The notes beneath the pieces are model-generated. The model searched no databases. It saw only the letters and a list, made by a program, of their open reading frames with translations, and had not been told where the DNA came from. Position numbers and translations under genes: made by a program. From positions 12,890-76,889 of IMG/VR virus record IMGVR_UViG_3300031885_000006: 64,000 nt of DNA; one strand, given 5' to 3'. Below are positions 29,501 to 39,574 of the stretch, piece after piece. The first letter of the stretch is position 1. Each line of letters opens with the position of its first letter. The DNA comes from a virus.

Positions 29501-31132
29501 CTAAACTCTTAGGGACAATCCTTCTGTCATTCTCTTTAAAGCTGGTGAGATATCCAGGGAATCTACAATCACATTGATAATTGTCAATTCCTTACGATTT
29601 AATGCATCCGTAAACTCTTTGTCTAATTCTGCCTCTGTAGTGACTATGCATCCGTAACCACCTCCCAACATATCTGTTATCTTATGATAGTGCCAATCTG
29701 CAATATCATTAAATTCTCCATCAATTAAATATCGCTCGGTTGTGTAGCCATGATTATTCAAAACAATCACAATGGGATTCAACTGCCTTCGAACAATCGT
29801 AGACAATTCTGTACAGGACATTTGAAACGCACCATCGCCCACTAAAACAATCGGTCTTTTTTCGGGTTGGGCCAACAGCATACCTAACACACCAGGAATG
29901 GCATTCCCCATTGAAGTATAAAAAGCAGACGCTATAAACGAAGATTTGTGATGCATCACTAAGTCAGCCGCACCGAACAAACAATCCCCAACATCGGCTA
30001 TAACCGACATTGTTTCGTCTAATATAGAATTGATTTTTTCAAACAATCTAGTAACTGTTAGTTTGTCATTTGTAGGAATAAAAACCTGTTTATCTCGATT
30101 TACACTGCTCTTGATGTTGCATTCTAATTTTGGCAGGTCAAGTTTAAAAAACGCTTCACAAAACTCTTGAAATTGAATATCAGTATATGTGTGATTTTTA
30201 ATCTTCATTCCTTCGATAGCACAATTCACACAATTTCTCTTTTTAAACCTTGATGGCATAAATGTCAAGGTCATATCTGTTAATAAAACACCAAACATTA
30301 ACAAACAATCAGATTCTTCTACAGCTTTCTGCACGCCTTCTTGACTTGTACCGCCAGCATAAACACCTAAAAACAAAGGATGTCTTTCGTTCACCACAGA
30401 TTTAGACAATAGTGTTGTCGCAACTGGAATGTTGACCCGTTCAGCGAATTTGATCAATTTAATTCCAAGATCAAATCTTGATAGTTGCACGCCAGCTAGA
30501 ATTACTGGATTTTTAGCTGTTTTTACCCATTCTGCAACTTCAGACAAAGCTTCTTCGAAATTTTGCTCATCGCTTTTTGGAGCCATTGGAGTGCCTTGAC
30601 GATACACATCATAAACAATTGGTTTATCGGCGATGTCTCTAGGAAGTTCAATGTAAATTGGTTGTTTGTGATGGGCTAACGCCTCAAAAGCACGATCAAT
30701 TTCAAATCCGGCTGTAGTAGGATCATCTAAAACTACCGAGGCACATGTTAAATTTTCAAAAATGTTTTTTTGACATTCAAAAGAACGCACCATGTGATGC
30801 AGCAACATGCCCTCTTGTCGTTCTTTGATCCCAGGCGAACCAGAAATAATTACTACAGGGCATCGTTCAGCATATGCACAAGCCACAGAATTAGCGATCT
30901 TTAATGCTCCTACATTGTAGGTAACACAAACAGCACCAATGCCATTAACTCTGGCGTAAGAATTGGCCGCAAACCCGGCATGAGCTTCATCAGTACAATT
31001 TACTAAATCAATATTTTCTTGATCAGATAGCTTTTTATAAAAGTTAAGAACGTAATCACCTGGAACTCCAAAAACATGTTTTATCCCGGCATGCTCAAGT
31101 CGGTCCAATAAAAAATCGGCTACTGATGGCAT
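29501..31132 (-). CDS. TPP-dependent alpha-keto acid (pyruvate/indolepyruvate) decarboxylase family enzyme
   Basis: FGVPGDY, E..AGFAA..YAR, LLHH and the TPP motif GDGAFQM...NNHGY.TER. Confidence 0.9.
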   Translation of the reverse strand: MPSVADFLLDRLEHAGIKHVFGVPGDYVLNFYKKLSDQENIDLVNCTDEAHAGFAANSYARVNGIGAVCVTYNVGALKIANSVACAYAERCPVVIISGSPGIKERQEGMLLHHMVRSFECQKNIFENLTCASVVLDDPTTAGFEIDRAFEALAHHKQPIYIELPRDIADKPIVYDVYRQGTPMAPKSDEQNFEEALSEVAEWVKTAKNPVILAGVQLSRFDLGIKLIKFAERVNIPVATTLLSKSVVNERHPLFLGVYAGGTSQEGVQKAVEESDCLLMFGVLLTDMTLTFMPSRFKKRNCVNCAIEGMKIKNHTYTDIQFQEFCEAFFKLDLPKLECNIKSSVNRDKQVFIPTNDKLTVTRLFEKINSILDETMSVIADVGDCLFGAADLVMHHKSSFIASAFYTSMGNAIPGVLGMLLAQPEKRPIVLVGDGAFQMSCTELSTIVRRQLNPIVIVLNNHGYTTERYLIDGEFNDIADWHYHKITDMLGGGYGCIVTTEAELDKEFTDALNRKELTIINVIVDSLDISPALKRMTEGLSLRV

Positions 31133-31145
31133 ATATTTCCTTTAA

Positions 31146-31967
31146 TCACAATTCTTTTGTCGGTGAATTTATTATTTGAATTAAAAAACCTTCGCCTGAC
31201 GCTGGAAATCGTCTGACCCAATCTACTCCAGCACCCAAACAACATCCAAAATCGGCGGCGGTCATTGTGCTAGGTGTGAAACTAATGTCGCTTATCGTAT
31301 TAAAATCCAACATGTTAACAGTTTCTTCGTCTACGCTTAAACTTAAATTTTCAACAGGGTCAGTCATTCTTAACAATTTAAATTCTAACCAATAGCACCC
31401 TGGAGTACAAGTGTCTTTAACGTCATAATTATAAACAAATGAAGTCTCTATAATTTGATCGTGAGCAGTAGATCCATCTTCTTGAATAACATCACCCGTC
31501 ACAGTCTCTATTGTGGCAGCATTTCCCATCGCTCTGAAAATTCGCATGCCAGTGCCTTTTTTCCAAGTAGTGACCGCAGTAGATCGATAACCTCTTTCAA
31601 CTTCTACTAAAAAATTATTCTCATCAAAACCAATAACCAACATATATTCTGGCGACCTTACTCTATCCATGACAATTACATCGCCTACCATAATTTGATC
31701 AAAACCAATATTATCAGCTAATTGAAAATAAGTATCGGTAGCATTAATGCTTTTTCTTAATTTGGCTTTTGCCCAAATACTTGCCTCTAAAACCAAATTG
31801 GTATCTGTTAAATCCAAAGAATCATCATCTATAACAATTTTAAAAGAAGGTTGTGTGTCATGCCTTTTCATGGTGGCATCAGGACACACTCCAGGCGGGC
31901 AGCCCCATTTATTGGGACAAGGACAAGATTGATAAAAATTAGTTAATCCGATTGAGACATTATCCAT
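31146..31967 (-). CDS. Probable structural protein (BppU-like N-terminal domain)
   Basis: KRHDTQP..DLT...DT..PG.Y.LEF...FP pattern; TATAAATA upstream. Confidence 0.45.
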   Translation of the reverse strand: MDNVSIGLTNFYQSCPCPNKWGCPPGVCPDATMKRHDTQPSFKIVIDDDSLDLTDTNLVLEASIWAKAKLRKSINATDTYFQLADNIGFDQIMVGDVIVMDRVRSPEYMLVIGFDENNFLVEVERGYRSTAVTTWKKGTGMRIFRAMGNAATIETVTGDVIQEDGSTAHDQIIETSFVYNYDVKDTCTPGCYWLEFKLLRMTDPVENLSLSVDEETVNMLDFNTISDISFTPSTMTAADFGCCLGAGVDWVRRFPASGEGFLIQIINSPTKEL

Positions 31968-32010
31968 AATATTCCTTGTGCGTTAAATAGCACTATTTAT
32001 ATATCGGACA

Positions 32011-32511
32011 TCAATCGAAAACTCCAATTGATTCCATCCATTTCAGCCGGTCTCGCATCCAATTTAAATTACCTGCAAATTTTGATAAATGCATTGATGA
32101 CAACCGAGCTATTTCTTCAATGGTCGGCCATTCCAATCCAGGCTCCCCATTATTAAAATAAACGATCCGTTTAACTCCATGTCCAGCCATTTGCAGCACA
32201 CATGCTTTACATGGACGAACTGTCACATAGACAGTAGAACCTTTCAAATCTAGGCCGCTTGCATGTCGAATAGCATTAGCTTCAGCATGAATGACAAATG
32301 AACCTTTATTGGCAAAAGACCAATCAACTACAGAATCGATTATCTTAGAAGGTGGGCCATTGTAACCAGTAGATATAGGCTCGTTATTAGGACCAATAAT
32401 ACAAGCTCCTTCTTGAGAACGTGGATCTTTTGATTTAGAGGCGATCCAAAAACAAAGGCCCATGTAATAATCATCACGCTCTACAGTTGATCTTGGCTTT
32501 TCTTTTGTCAT
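32011..32511 (-). CDS. dCMP deaminase
   Basis: SKDP..Q.GACI, STGYNG, HAEANAI and PCKAC. Confidence 0.9.
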   Translation of the reverse strand: MTKEKPRSTVERDDYYMGLCFWIASKSKDPRSQEGACIIGPNNEPISTGYNGPPSKIIDSVVDWSFANKGSFVIHAEANAIRHASGLDLKGSTVYVTVRPCKACVLQMAGHGVKRIVYFNNGEPGLEWPTIEEIARLSSMHLSKFAGNLNWMRDRLKWMESIGVFD

Positions 32512-32513
32512 AA

Positions 32514-33050
32514 TTATCTAATTAACATTTCAGCTAATTTAGCCTTATCTTCTATTTCTGGTGCTGTCACTATCAGTCTATTGGTGTCAAGCCAAGATTT
32601 AGCAGAACCATTATCATCTGGCTTGTTAATTAAATGTGGCAAATGAAAAGGAACTGACTTTTGAGAAAACATTGATTTATTCAAGTCCAGAATATCTTTC
32701 CCTTTAAAAGAAAGCCCGAATCTCACCAGACAACGACGAACCGCAATGTCGCTGTAATGGTCACTGTGTTGGTTTTGTTTTTTATAATCTAAACCAGATT
32801 CAATGTCAAATCGATTTGTGACATAAACATTAGAATAATTGTCAACCAAGTTTTTAAAATCATCAATATTATGTTTCAAATGCTCCCAAAAAGCATCTTC
32901 ATATAATTGAAGACCCCATTCCCAAGAGTATAACTTTTTTTTAACAAAAAAAGCCCAAAACCAATTGCCCTTACCAGCCACTCTGGTTACTTTGGCCAAA
33001 AATTTATCTCGATTTACTCCAAGATCTGACACTTGTATATAATCTAGCAT
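32514..33050 (-). CDS. Hypothetical protein
   Basis: 178-aa ORF. Confidence 0.65.
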   Translation of the reverse strand: MLDYIQVSDLGVNRDKFLAKVTRVAGKGNWFWAFFVKKKLYSWEWGLQLYEDAFWEHLKHNIDDFKNLVDNYSNVYVTNRFDIESGLDYKKQNQHSDHYSDIAVRRCLVRFGLSFKGKDILDLNKSMFSQKSVPFHLPHLINKPDDNGSAKSWLDTNRLIVTAPEIEDKAKLAEMLIR

Positions 33051-33495
33051 TAATTTACTTTAGGTTTCGGCGATGATTCTGGTTTTTTAGGATCAGACTT
33101 GTCCTTTGGCTCTGCTTTTTCCTCTTTGTCTGTAGTTTTGTTATCAGGTTTTTCTGCTGTTTGCGGTTTCTCTTTTTCTGGTTTTTTGGGCTCTGGCTTT
33201 TTCTCGTCTTGCTTGTGTTTATCACGAACCTTCTTAAGCTTATCTAGATCCCCTTCAAGAGCATCTACTTCTTTAAGCCAATTATCCAGGTTATTTGCAT
33301 CCCCTGTTTTGCTTACCTTTTTTTTTTACTTTTCTTCTCTATGCTTTTCTTTTCCCAAGGAGCGGCGGTAGAATGACTGTTGACATTGCCGCCCAAACTT
33401 GCGGGTGGTTTTAATCCCAAAGCAACCTCTCTGCGTCGTCTAGTAAAGGCAGTTGATTCATTTTGCTGCCAGTCGTGATATTTAATAAGTGCCAT
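33050..33495 (-). CDS. Lys/Glu/Pro-rich protein interrupted by a frameshift at an A10 run
   Basis: Frame 0 stops at 33313. The -1 frame continues (KVSKTGDANNLDNWLKE...KPKVN) to TAA 33050, which overlaps the next ATG. Confidence 0.65.
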
Positions 33496-33516
33496 AAAGT
33501 TATATAGTTATTAAAT

Positions 33517-33552
33517 AAAAAAAACCTTAGTCCTGAGCAGGACTAAGGTTTT
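33517..33552. terminator. Intrinsic terminator
   Basis: aaaaccttagtcctg-ag-caggactaaggtttt. Confidence 0.85.
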
Positions 33553-33567
33553 GGCAGTTTTACCGAC

Positions 33568-33786
33568 TTAATTTTCTAATTTTTGGTCTAATATTCGAAT
33601 TGACTTGATATAACCAAACATTTCGACCTCTAACTTGTCGCTTTGTTCGGAAATTACTTCTATTAAATCTGGGTGTTTTGCCAATTTTTCTTTTAGTAAT
33701 TTGGCTTTTGCAGCAGTCTCAGCAATTTGTCCGACTAAAATTGAGCATTCTATTTGTAAATCTTTATATTCTTTTAAGGACATCAT
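33568..33786 (-). CDS. Hypothetical protein
   Basis: 72-aa helical ORF. Confidence 0.55.
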   Translation of the reverse strand: MMSLKEYKDLQIECSILVGQIAETAAKAKLLKEKLAKHPDLIEVISEQSDKLEVEMFGYIKSIRILDQKLEN

Positions 33787-34117
33787 CAGTGTATAAACCA
33801 GACTCTATAAGTGTTATCTTTTCAAAATCCATTTCTGCCCTCGCTTTTTCTAACAATGATTCCAAGTGATTGTAACGAACAACCAACAATTGAAGCCACC
33901 GTATTTTACAATGCACCCCGGTATGATTGGAAAAATTCGATGCACTACCAAAAATGTAATAATATCGAACAAACTGTTTTTGAATGTGTGATCTAAAATA
34001 CTTGAACAAATATCTTTTTGATTTTGGAAGCACTAAGTCAAAAAACTCACCTGAGATCAAATCTAAATCAAAACGCAAACTCGATCCCTTCGCAAAATTC
34101 CAAATACAACAATACAA
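33764..34117 (-). CDS. Hypothetical protein (start uncertain)
   Basis: Fills the gap between its neighbours; overlaps the upstream gene. Confidence 0.4.
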   Translation of the reverse strand: MYCCIWNFAKGSSLRFDLDLISGEFFDLVLPKSKRYLFKYFRSHIQKQFVRYYYIFGSASNFSNHTGVHCKIRWLQLLVVRYNHLESLLEKARAEMDFEKITLIESGLYTDDVLKRI

Positions 34118-34475
34118 TGCCAGGAATGTATTTCGGTGGCACTTTTTCTATCGCACATGCTCTCATAATAGCAACCACTATTTTAATATCATCTGCAACT
34201 AGAGACTCATTATCCGTTTCTGTGGCGATGTGACCCGCCATTTCAATCCCACTATATGCTTTGCGTATGCCCGGTTCTAATTCCGTTGTGCGAACCATTG
34301 TGATGTTCCTTTCAGAACACAACAATCGCAGTGGAATCGCCCCGCCGCAATACATTTGTCTGCTGGCAAAGAAATTTATCACATAATTTCTTACCAACAC
34401 CTCTTCTGGAATTTCGTCACACTCAACACACTCAATTTCATCATAGTCAACATCTTCTAATTCTACAGCCAACAT
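34068..34475 (-). CDS. Hypothetical protein
   Basis: SD AGGAG; 135 aa. Confidence 0.65.
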   Translation of the reverse strand: MLAVELEDVDYDEIECVECDEIPEEVLVRNYVINFFASRQMYCGGAIPLRLLCSERNITMVRTTELEPGIRKAYSGIEMAGHIATETDNESLVADDIKIVVAIMRACAIEKVPPKYIPGIVLLYLEFCEGIEFAF

Positions 34476-34579
34476 AAATTATCTCCTGTTGCTGAACTAC
34501 TTCCGTGCTTTCACAAAATTTAAACAAAAACATACGACCAAGTCAATAGATACTTAAGAAAACTAAAAAGAGGTCATGG

Positions 34580-35083
34580 ATGAGATCAATTTTATTAACA
34601 TGCATTTTGACAACCGCCTTATTCACAGGCTGTAGCAAAAATCTATCTCCGTTAAGCCCAGAGCTAAAACAAGAGCTAAACAACGCAAATGGGCAAATTG
34701 AAGAATTAAAAAACAACCAAGATAGCATTGTTTTGGAACTTGGAAAAATTCGAAATCAAAATCAAATGAACGCCCAAGAAATCAAAGATGCTCAACAAGG
34801 CTTGATCAACATGAAGGGCAGCCAAAATTCTGGTATCGCCATCTTTTCTGGAGACGGAGGTTTAATTATGTTCTTTGCCTTAATCGTTGCGGCATTTGTA
34901 TTCATCTATCACTACAGAGATCGAGCCGTAAAAGCCGAAAAAACAGCAGACATATTAGCTCAATCTATTGCTGCACATGATGACATTGAGCTAAATAACA
35001 AAGTGTTTTCTGCCGCTATTAACACAGATGTCGTATCCGACGTTTATCGTCTTATTGTCAAAAACCAAAAATCAAAAATTTAA
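34580..35083 (+). CDS. Lipoprotein with coiled coil and internal TM helix (spanin-like topology)
   Basis: Lipobox LFTGC, heptad region and TM LIMFFALIVAAFVFIY. Confidence 0.55.
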   Translation: MRSILLTCILTTALFTGCSKNLSPLSPELKQELNNANGQIEELKNNQDSIVLELGKIRNQNQMNAQEIKDAQQGLINMKGSQNSGIAIFSGDGGLIMFFALIVAAFVFIYHYRDRAVKAEKTADILAQSIAAHDDIELNNKVFSAAINTDVVSDVYRLIVKNQKSKI

Positions 35084-35355
35084 ACATCCTTATCATAGCC
35101 TTGTTCTAAGTACCTCAAGAAAGGATATCCAGAACAATTATCCTCAATGGGATTATTTTGTTTTGTGGGATCTAAACCTTTGCTTTTACATTCTGCAATG
35201 AAGTTAGACACGCCAACATCGATTGTTTTCTTTTTTATGGAATTATGTTTCAAACAATACCATTTCGTATGATCGACATCATCGCTATCTAAATAACGAC
35301 ATGTACCAGGACCATGTAAAAGACAAATATCTTGAAGTTGTTTTTTGCTTAACAT
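35080..35355 (-). CDS. Cys-rich hypothetical protein
   Basis: 91 aa with SD GAGG. Confidence 0.6.
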   Translation of the reverse strand: MLSKKQLQDICLLHGPGTCRYLDSDDVDHTKWYCLKHNSIKKKTIDVGVSNFIAECKSKGLDPTKQNNPIEDNCSGYPFLRYLEQGYDKDV

Positions 35356-35365
35356 TTTTTCCTCG

Positions 35366-35872
35366 TTAGTAGATATCTACTTCTTTTCCAATATCGGAGA
35401 TTAATATTCCTTGATCATGTTGGATCTCATGCTGGAATACGGCGGCAAAATAACCTTCGACATAATAGCCTTCTAATGTCTTTAACACAAGCTCATTTTG
35501 TTGATCTATTAGTTCGTAACCAGAAACAACAATTTTTTTATAGCGTTGTACTTCAAAAGTTCTTAGTTGGCCCTTAGAATTAACCAAAGAAAGACAACCT
35601 TCTAAATGCGTTATCTTTTCTTCGTCCACTGGCAAGAAGGTGCAATTTATAAAATATCTGAAGTTGTCTTGTGGATATCTAACCAAAAACAATTTCATTG
35701 GAAGACCGGCTTGCACTGCCGAGATGCCAACCCCTTTTTCTAAAACACATAAAACTTGCAATTGCATACAAGTTTTATAAATCTCAAAAAGAGTTTTTGA
35801 AGAATTAGATATAACCAGATTTTCCCCTAAAGGAATATCCGCCACAGGCACTATGTTTAAATTATTTTTCAT
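35366..35872 (-). CDS. def: Peptide deformylase
   Basis: GVGISAVQ, EGCLS and QHEIQH..G. Confidence 0.9.
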   Translation of the reverse strand: MKNNLNIVPVADIPLGENLVISNSSKTLFEIYKTCMQLQVLCVLEKGVGISAVQAGLPMKLFLVRYPQDNFRYFINCTFLPVDEEKITHLEGCLSLVNSKGQLRTFEVQRYKKIVVSGYELIDQQNELVLKTLEGYYVEGYFAAVFQHEIQHDQGILISDIGKEVDIY

Positions 35873-35877
35873 AAATT

Positions 35878-35915
35878 AAAAAATGTGGACCAAGATTATA
35901 CTTGGTCCACATTTT
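35878..35915. terminator. Intrinsic terminator
   Basis: aaaatgtggaccaag...cttggtccacatttt. Confidence 0.8.
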
Positions 35916-35920
35916 GTATT

Positions 35921-36199
35921 TTACTCTTCTACACAAAGTGCCTTTACAATTGCCTCTATCTTAGAATTAAGGAATTGACGTAATTCACCTTCGTCGCCCT
36001 TTAAATGGGCAGGAACATCAATAATTACGTGAATTTCCTCGCCGTCATTTACGAGTAGACTTAAATGCTTTTCAACTAAATCTCTAATCAAATGAGATAC
36101 CGAACAACCCGCCTTTTTTGCAGATGCTTTTAGCAAATCTTGCATATCAGGTTCAATCGACAAACTCATTATTTTTAGTTTTGTTTTATTCTCGCTCAT
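35921..36199 (-). CDS. Ribbon-helix-helix DNA-binding protein
   Basis: IMSLSI...LLK.SAKKAG.SVS.LIRDLV. Confidence 0.65.
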   Translation of the reverse strand: MSENKTKLKIMSLSIEPDMQDLLKASAKKAGCSVSHLIRDLVEKHLSLLVNDGEEIHVIIDVPAHLKGDEGELRQFLNSKIEAIVKALCVEE

Positions 36200-36214
36200 T
36201 TTATAACATTTCTA

Positions 36215-36469
36215 TTAACCGAAATGCTCCCTTAGACGTGTTTTTAGTTGTTCTTTTTTACGTAGTAAATCTGCCGCTCGATCTTTTCTACGCCTTTTCT
36301 GTGTCTTGCTCTCAAAAGTCTGTCTTTCTTTATATTGAGTTAAAATACCAGAATCGTTGACATGCTTCTTAAATGTCGCAAATAGGAATTTAAAAGAACG
36401 ATCTCTTTCTTCCCAAGACGCATTTGGCGGTAAGGACTTAGCCGTTACCCTTATTCTAGTTACAGACAT
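36215..36469 (-). CDS. rpsU: Ribosomal protein bS21-like
   Basis: FKK.V..SGIL..YKER..FES...KRRRK pattern. Confidence 0.75.
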   Translation of the reverse strand: MSVTRIRVTAKSLPPNASWEERDRSFKFLFATFKKHVNDSGILTQYKERQTFESKTQKRRRKDRAADLLRKKEQLKTRLREHFG

Positions 36470-36491
36470 TATAAACCATCCTTATTATTTA

Positions 36492-37658
36492 TTAATATTT
36501 AGGCACTTTTATGAAGTGGGTTCCAAGTTTTTTGCGTTTAATCTCTCTAACTCTGCTATATGGCACTATTTCATACGATTCAGAGGGCGATGGCCAGTTG
36601 TCTCGACTGCTATCGCCTAATAAAGACATTAGTCTAATCATTATACTATCAAATATTGCTAAATTCCAGCTTGATTTATGACTTTCTTCCAATATTGAAG
36701 GAAATAAATACAAATATTCTCTCGGCAAGCCATTTCCACACAAATCATCTATCTCATATTCCTTTAAATTATTATAAATCATCCGCTCCTGACAAGAAAT
36801 ATAAGGACAACGAGCGGCTATAGCAAGTCTAGATATACCGGAAAATACATCCAATACGCAACCTACCGTCCGCATTGCCGACATTAAGCTAGAAACGCTC
36901 AAATTCGACAAATAAACGCATTTTTCTAAAAAATCAGGTGAAACATCAAATGTGTTGTAATTTTGGTAAATAACGGGCAAATAACCATCTTTAAGCACCC
37001 TTTCTATCAAATTAATCCAAAATACTTTAGATGCCTCTTCGGATCTCAATTTTCCGTTTTTCCAGCTTTGCACATACATCGAAGGATAAATAAATATTTT
37101 GTTGCCAGGAGCCAACATCCTTCTATTAAAATCATTGCCCAATACATTTGATGATGGAATTGATGGCAAAAACCTCTTTATATTTTTAAACCTTTCTTGA
37201 TACTCTTTGGTAAACCCATTATTGTAAAATGGCTCCAAAGCAGACCAATCCAACACTTCTTCAAAAAAAGAATTTAATATTCTCTGACAACCTAACACCA
37301 CGTCATGACGATTAGAAAAACAACTGGCATGATTGTAAATTGATCGCAAATGACTTGCATCTTTAAGCATTTCTGGATTCAAATCCCAATATTCGTCAAC
37401 ATATGGGAACAAACCTTCGTTTCCAGGCCATGACGCCAAAATAAAATATTTTGAACCCCTGGCCTCTTCTCTAAACTTTCTCAAAAGCAAAGAAGATAAA
37501 GTAAACGTAGATCGAATATCACCAAAAAACAACAATATAGTCACATTGGAAATTGTTGTCGGCACCGACTTTTCCGAATATCTAGCTCTGATGAAACCAG
37601 CTTTATCCGCAGCACGCTTCAAATTTTGCGTAACAGGTATAGCATCCAAATCAACCAC
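36492..37658 (-). CDS. Glycosyltransferase (GT9/GT-B-like)
   Basis: FGD, FPYVDEYW and DVFSGISRLAIA. Confidence 0.5.
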   Translation of the reverse strand: MVDLDAIPVTQNLKRAADKAGFIRARYSEKSVPTTISNVTILLFFGDIRSTFTLSSLLLRKFREEARGSKYFILASWPGNEGLFPYVDEYWDLNPEMLKDASHLRSIYNHASCFSNRHDVVLGCQRILNSFFEEVLDWSALEPFYNNGFTKEYQERFKNIKRFLPSIPSSNVLGNDFNRRMLAPGNKIFIYPSMYVQSWKNGKLRSEEASKVFWINLIERVLKDGYLPVIYQNYNTFDVSPDFLEKCVYLSNLSVSSLMSAMRTVGCVLDVFSGISRLAIAARCPYISCQERMIYNNLKEYEIDDLCGNGLPREYLYLFPSILEESHKSSWNLAIFDSIMIRLMSLLGDSSRDNWPSPSESYEIVPYSRVREIKRKKLGTHFIKVPKY

Positions 37659-38823
37659 CTATCCGAGCAGAATTATCCCGCTGCATATCCTGAGCGGCAA
37701 TCTGACTCTCTAACAATCCAAAAACAACCTCGAAATTACCAGCCTCAACCTCAACCACACATTTATCCAATAAATTCAACCCAGCCAAATTGTCATTATA
37801 GACATTTAAAAAATGAGATATAACCAACTTCTTCGGACTGAAATCGCAAAGATTTAATCGATACCCCTCTTGACCATTACCCCAGATCTGATCCGGCGTC
37901 TCAAAAATGATATATGGCGTGCCCATCATCGCCGCCAACCTAGTGCTTGCAGTCCAAAATTGAACCGTAAACTCCAATTGTTTAACAATCGCCAAAGTTA
38001 ACTCTAAATCCTTAGATTCAGGCAACCTAGAAAAATCAACTATATGATCCAAAGGACAAGCTAATGTAGATTGTTTTTCTCCCAACCAAATCGGGGTGTA
38101 GCCTTTAGACTCCAACAATTCAATTAACTTAACATAAAATTCGGGTTGTAGATTTCTACCATAACATGTTCTGCCCCTGGCAAAGACACCAACGGGCTTA
38201 ACTCCCAAATAAGTTTTAGCCAAAGCCATCTTCTCTGCACTAGGATTTGGAATCTTGGTTACATTGGCCTTATGATGTTGAACGTCCCCGAATAAAGATT
38301 GATTTACATTTGTACTTTTACACTTAACGCACTCGGCGACCTTTACTATACTGCCCCAGAATGCACCGCAATTGTTGCACTTAACGCCTACAGCTACTTT
38401 TCCCAAATCATTAGAATTTATAACATGACCAGCAAAATTACTCATTCTTTTTTCAACAAGCTTGATGTTTTTTGATTCATTGTGAAACGCACGAGCATAT
38501 TCCCTAAGCCACATATGCTCCTCTTTAATTTCCCAAAATTCGTCCACCAAATGACGATATAAATATTCTCTGCCGTACCAACCCGCCACGATGATATATT
38601 TACCAGGATTCTCTCGAATGATCTGCGGGATGCAATACATCATCCCAACCGTCTCGCAACCAAACTCAGAGAAGCAACATATGATCAAAATTTGATCTAT
38701 GTTAGTTGGTTTGGGCCTATTATTGAACTTAACAATATTAAAATCTAAATTTTTAATAGTTCTTTCTACGGCGATTTCTTTTTTATCACCTGGATTAAAA
38801 GACTTTACGCTCAATAATTTCAT
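37651..38823 (-). CDS. Glycosyltransferase (GT9/GT-B-like) with Zn ribbon
   Basis: EFG.E, VDEFW, DFS..L...LAIV, TASTRLAAMMGTP and a CxxC..CxxC insert. Confidence 0.55.
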   Translation of the reverse strand: MKLLSVKSFNPGDKKEIAVERTIKNLDFNIVKFNNRPKPTNIDQILIICCFSEFGCETVGMMYCIPQIIRENPGKYIIVAGWYGREYLYRHLVDEFWEIKEEHMWLREYARAFHNESKNIKLVEKRMSNFAGHVINSNDLGKVAVGVKCNNCGAFWGSIVKVAECVKCKSTNVNQSLFGDVQHHKANVTKIPNPSAEKMALAKTYLGVKPVGVFARGRTCYGRNLQPEFYVKLIELLESKGYTPIWLGEKQSTLACPLDHIVDFSRLPESKDLELTLAIVKQLEFTVQFWTASTRLAAMMGTPYIIFETPDQIWGNGQEGYRLNLCDFSPKKLVISHFLNVYNDNLAGLNLLDKCVVEVEAGNFEVVFGLLESQIAAQDMQRDNSARIGG

Positions 38824-39002
38824 GTATTACCTTTAATTCTAGTCTGTTTGACTATTTTATGACAAGTGGGACACTTAAATTTTCTTGGACCTCCGCAATT
38901 ACCACACTTCACAATTTCATGAAGATCCTTTAAATCTTCAGAAATCCCCGTGCTATAGCGTGTCCAACCACACTTGCATTGCAATAAGAAACGATATTCC
39001 AT
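38820..39002 (-). CDS. Small zinc-ribbon protein
   Basis: CKC, CGNC and CPTC in 60 aa. Confidence 0.6.
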   Translation of the reverse strand: MEYRFLLQCKCGWTRYSTGISEDLKDLHEIVKCGNCGGPRKFKCPTCHKIVKQTRIKGNT

Positions 39003-39054
39003 ATCGTTAAGAGAGAAAGAACTATTAAATAATTCTTAGTGTTTTCGAAAACTA

Positions 39055-39555
39055 TTACCATTCCTTTGGCATTGGATAATTAGCAAAGCAATCCTCGTCG
39101 TGATTTGAATCATCAAAATAATATCTGAAGTTTTCAGCCGAATCTAAATCCTGATTCCATGTTCGGCCATCCCAAACTTCAATCCCCTGTGAATCGATAT
39201 TCTTTTGCGTATAAAAGCTCCCTGGTGTTTCTCCCAAATCATCTGGCTTCCAAGAGTTACGGTTCAATTTAAACCGTAAAATAATAGGAATATAGCCTTC
39301 TTCTAAAGGCTGATCGGAATGAGTGTAGGCTTGCTCTGCCATTGCATCCAACCAATATTGAACACATTTTGGGTTCGAGCAAAAGAAAACACCCTTGGCA
39401 GAATGATATTGCAAATGAGGCTTGAGCCAAGCAGAAGTACCAGCCCGTGGCATCAATTTAGATGCCGCAATACCTTCCATATTTCTTAGATAGGTAACTT
39501 GATAGGCATGAGGATTCCGCCCCGTGGTATTCATCCATTCGTGAAAGCTTAGCAT
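39055..39555 (-). CDS. ADP-ribosyltransferase-fold-like protein with capsid-targeting-like N-terminus
   Basis: MLSFHEWMN; YQVT...N..GI....L.P...GVFF...ILRF pattern. Confidence 0.4.
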   Translation of the reverse strand: MLSFHEWMNTTGRNPHAYQVTYLRNMEGIAASKLMPRAGTSAWLKPHLQYHSAKGVFFCSNPKCVQYWLDAMAEQAYTHSDQPLEEGYIPIILRFKLNRNSWKPDDLGETPGSFYTQKNIDSQGIEVWDGRTWNQDLDSAENFRYYFDDSNHDEDCFANYPMPKEW

Positions 39556-39574
39556 TCACTATTTAGATGAACGA

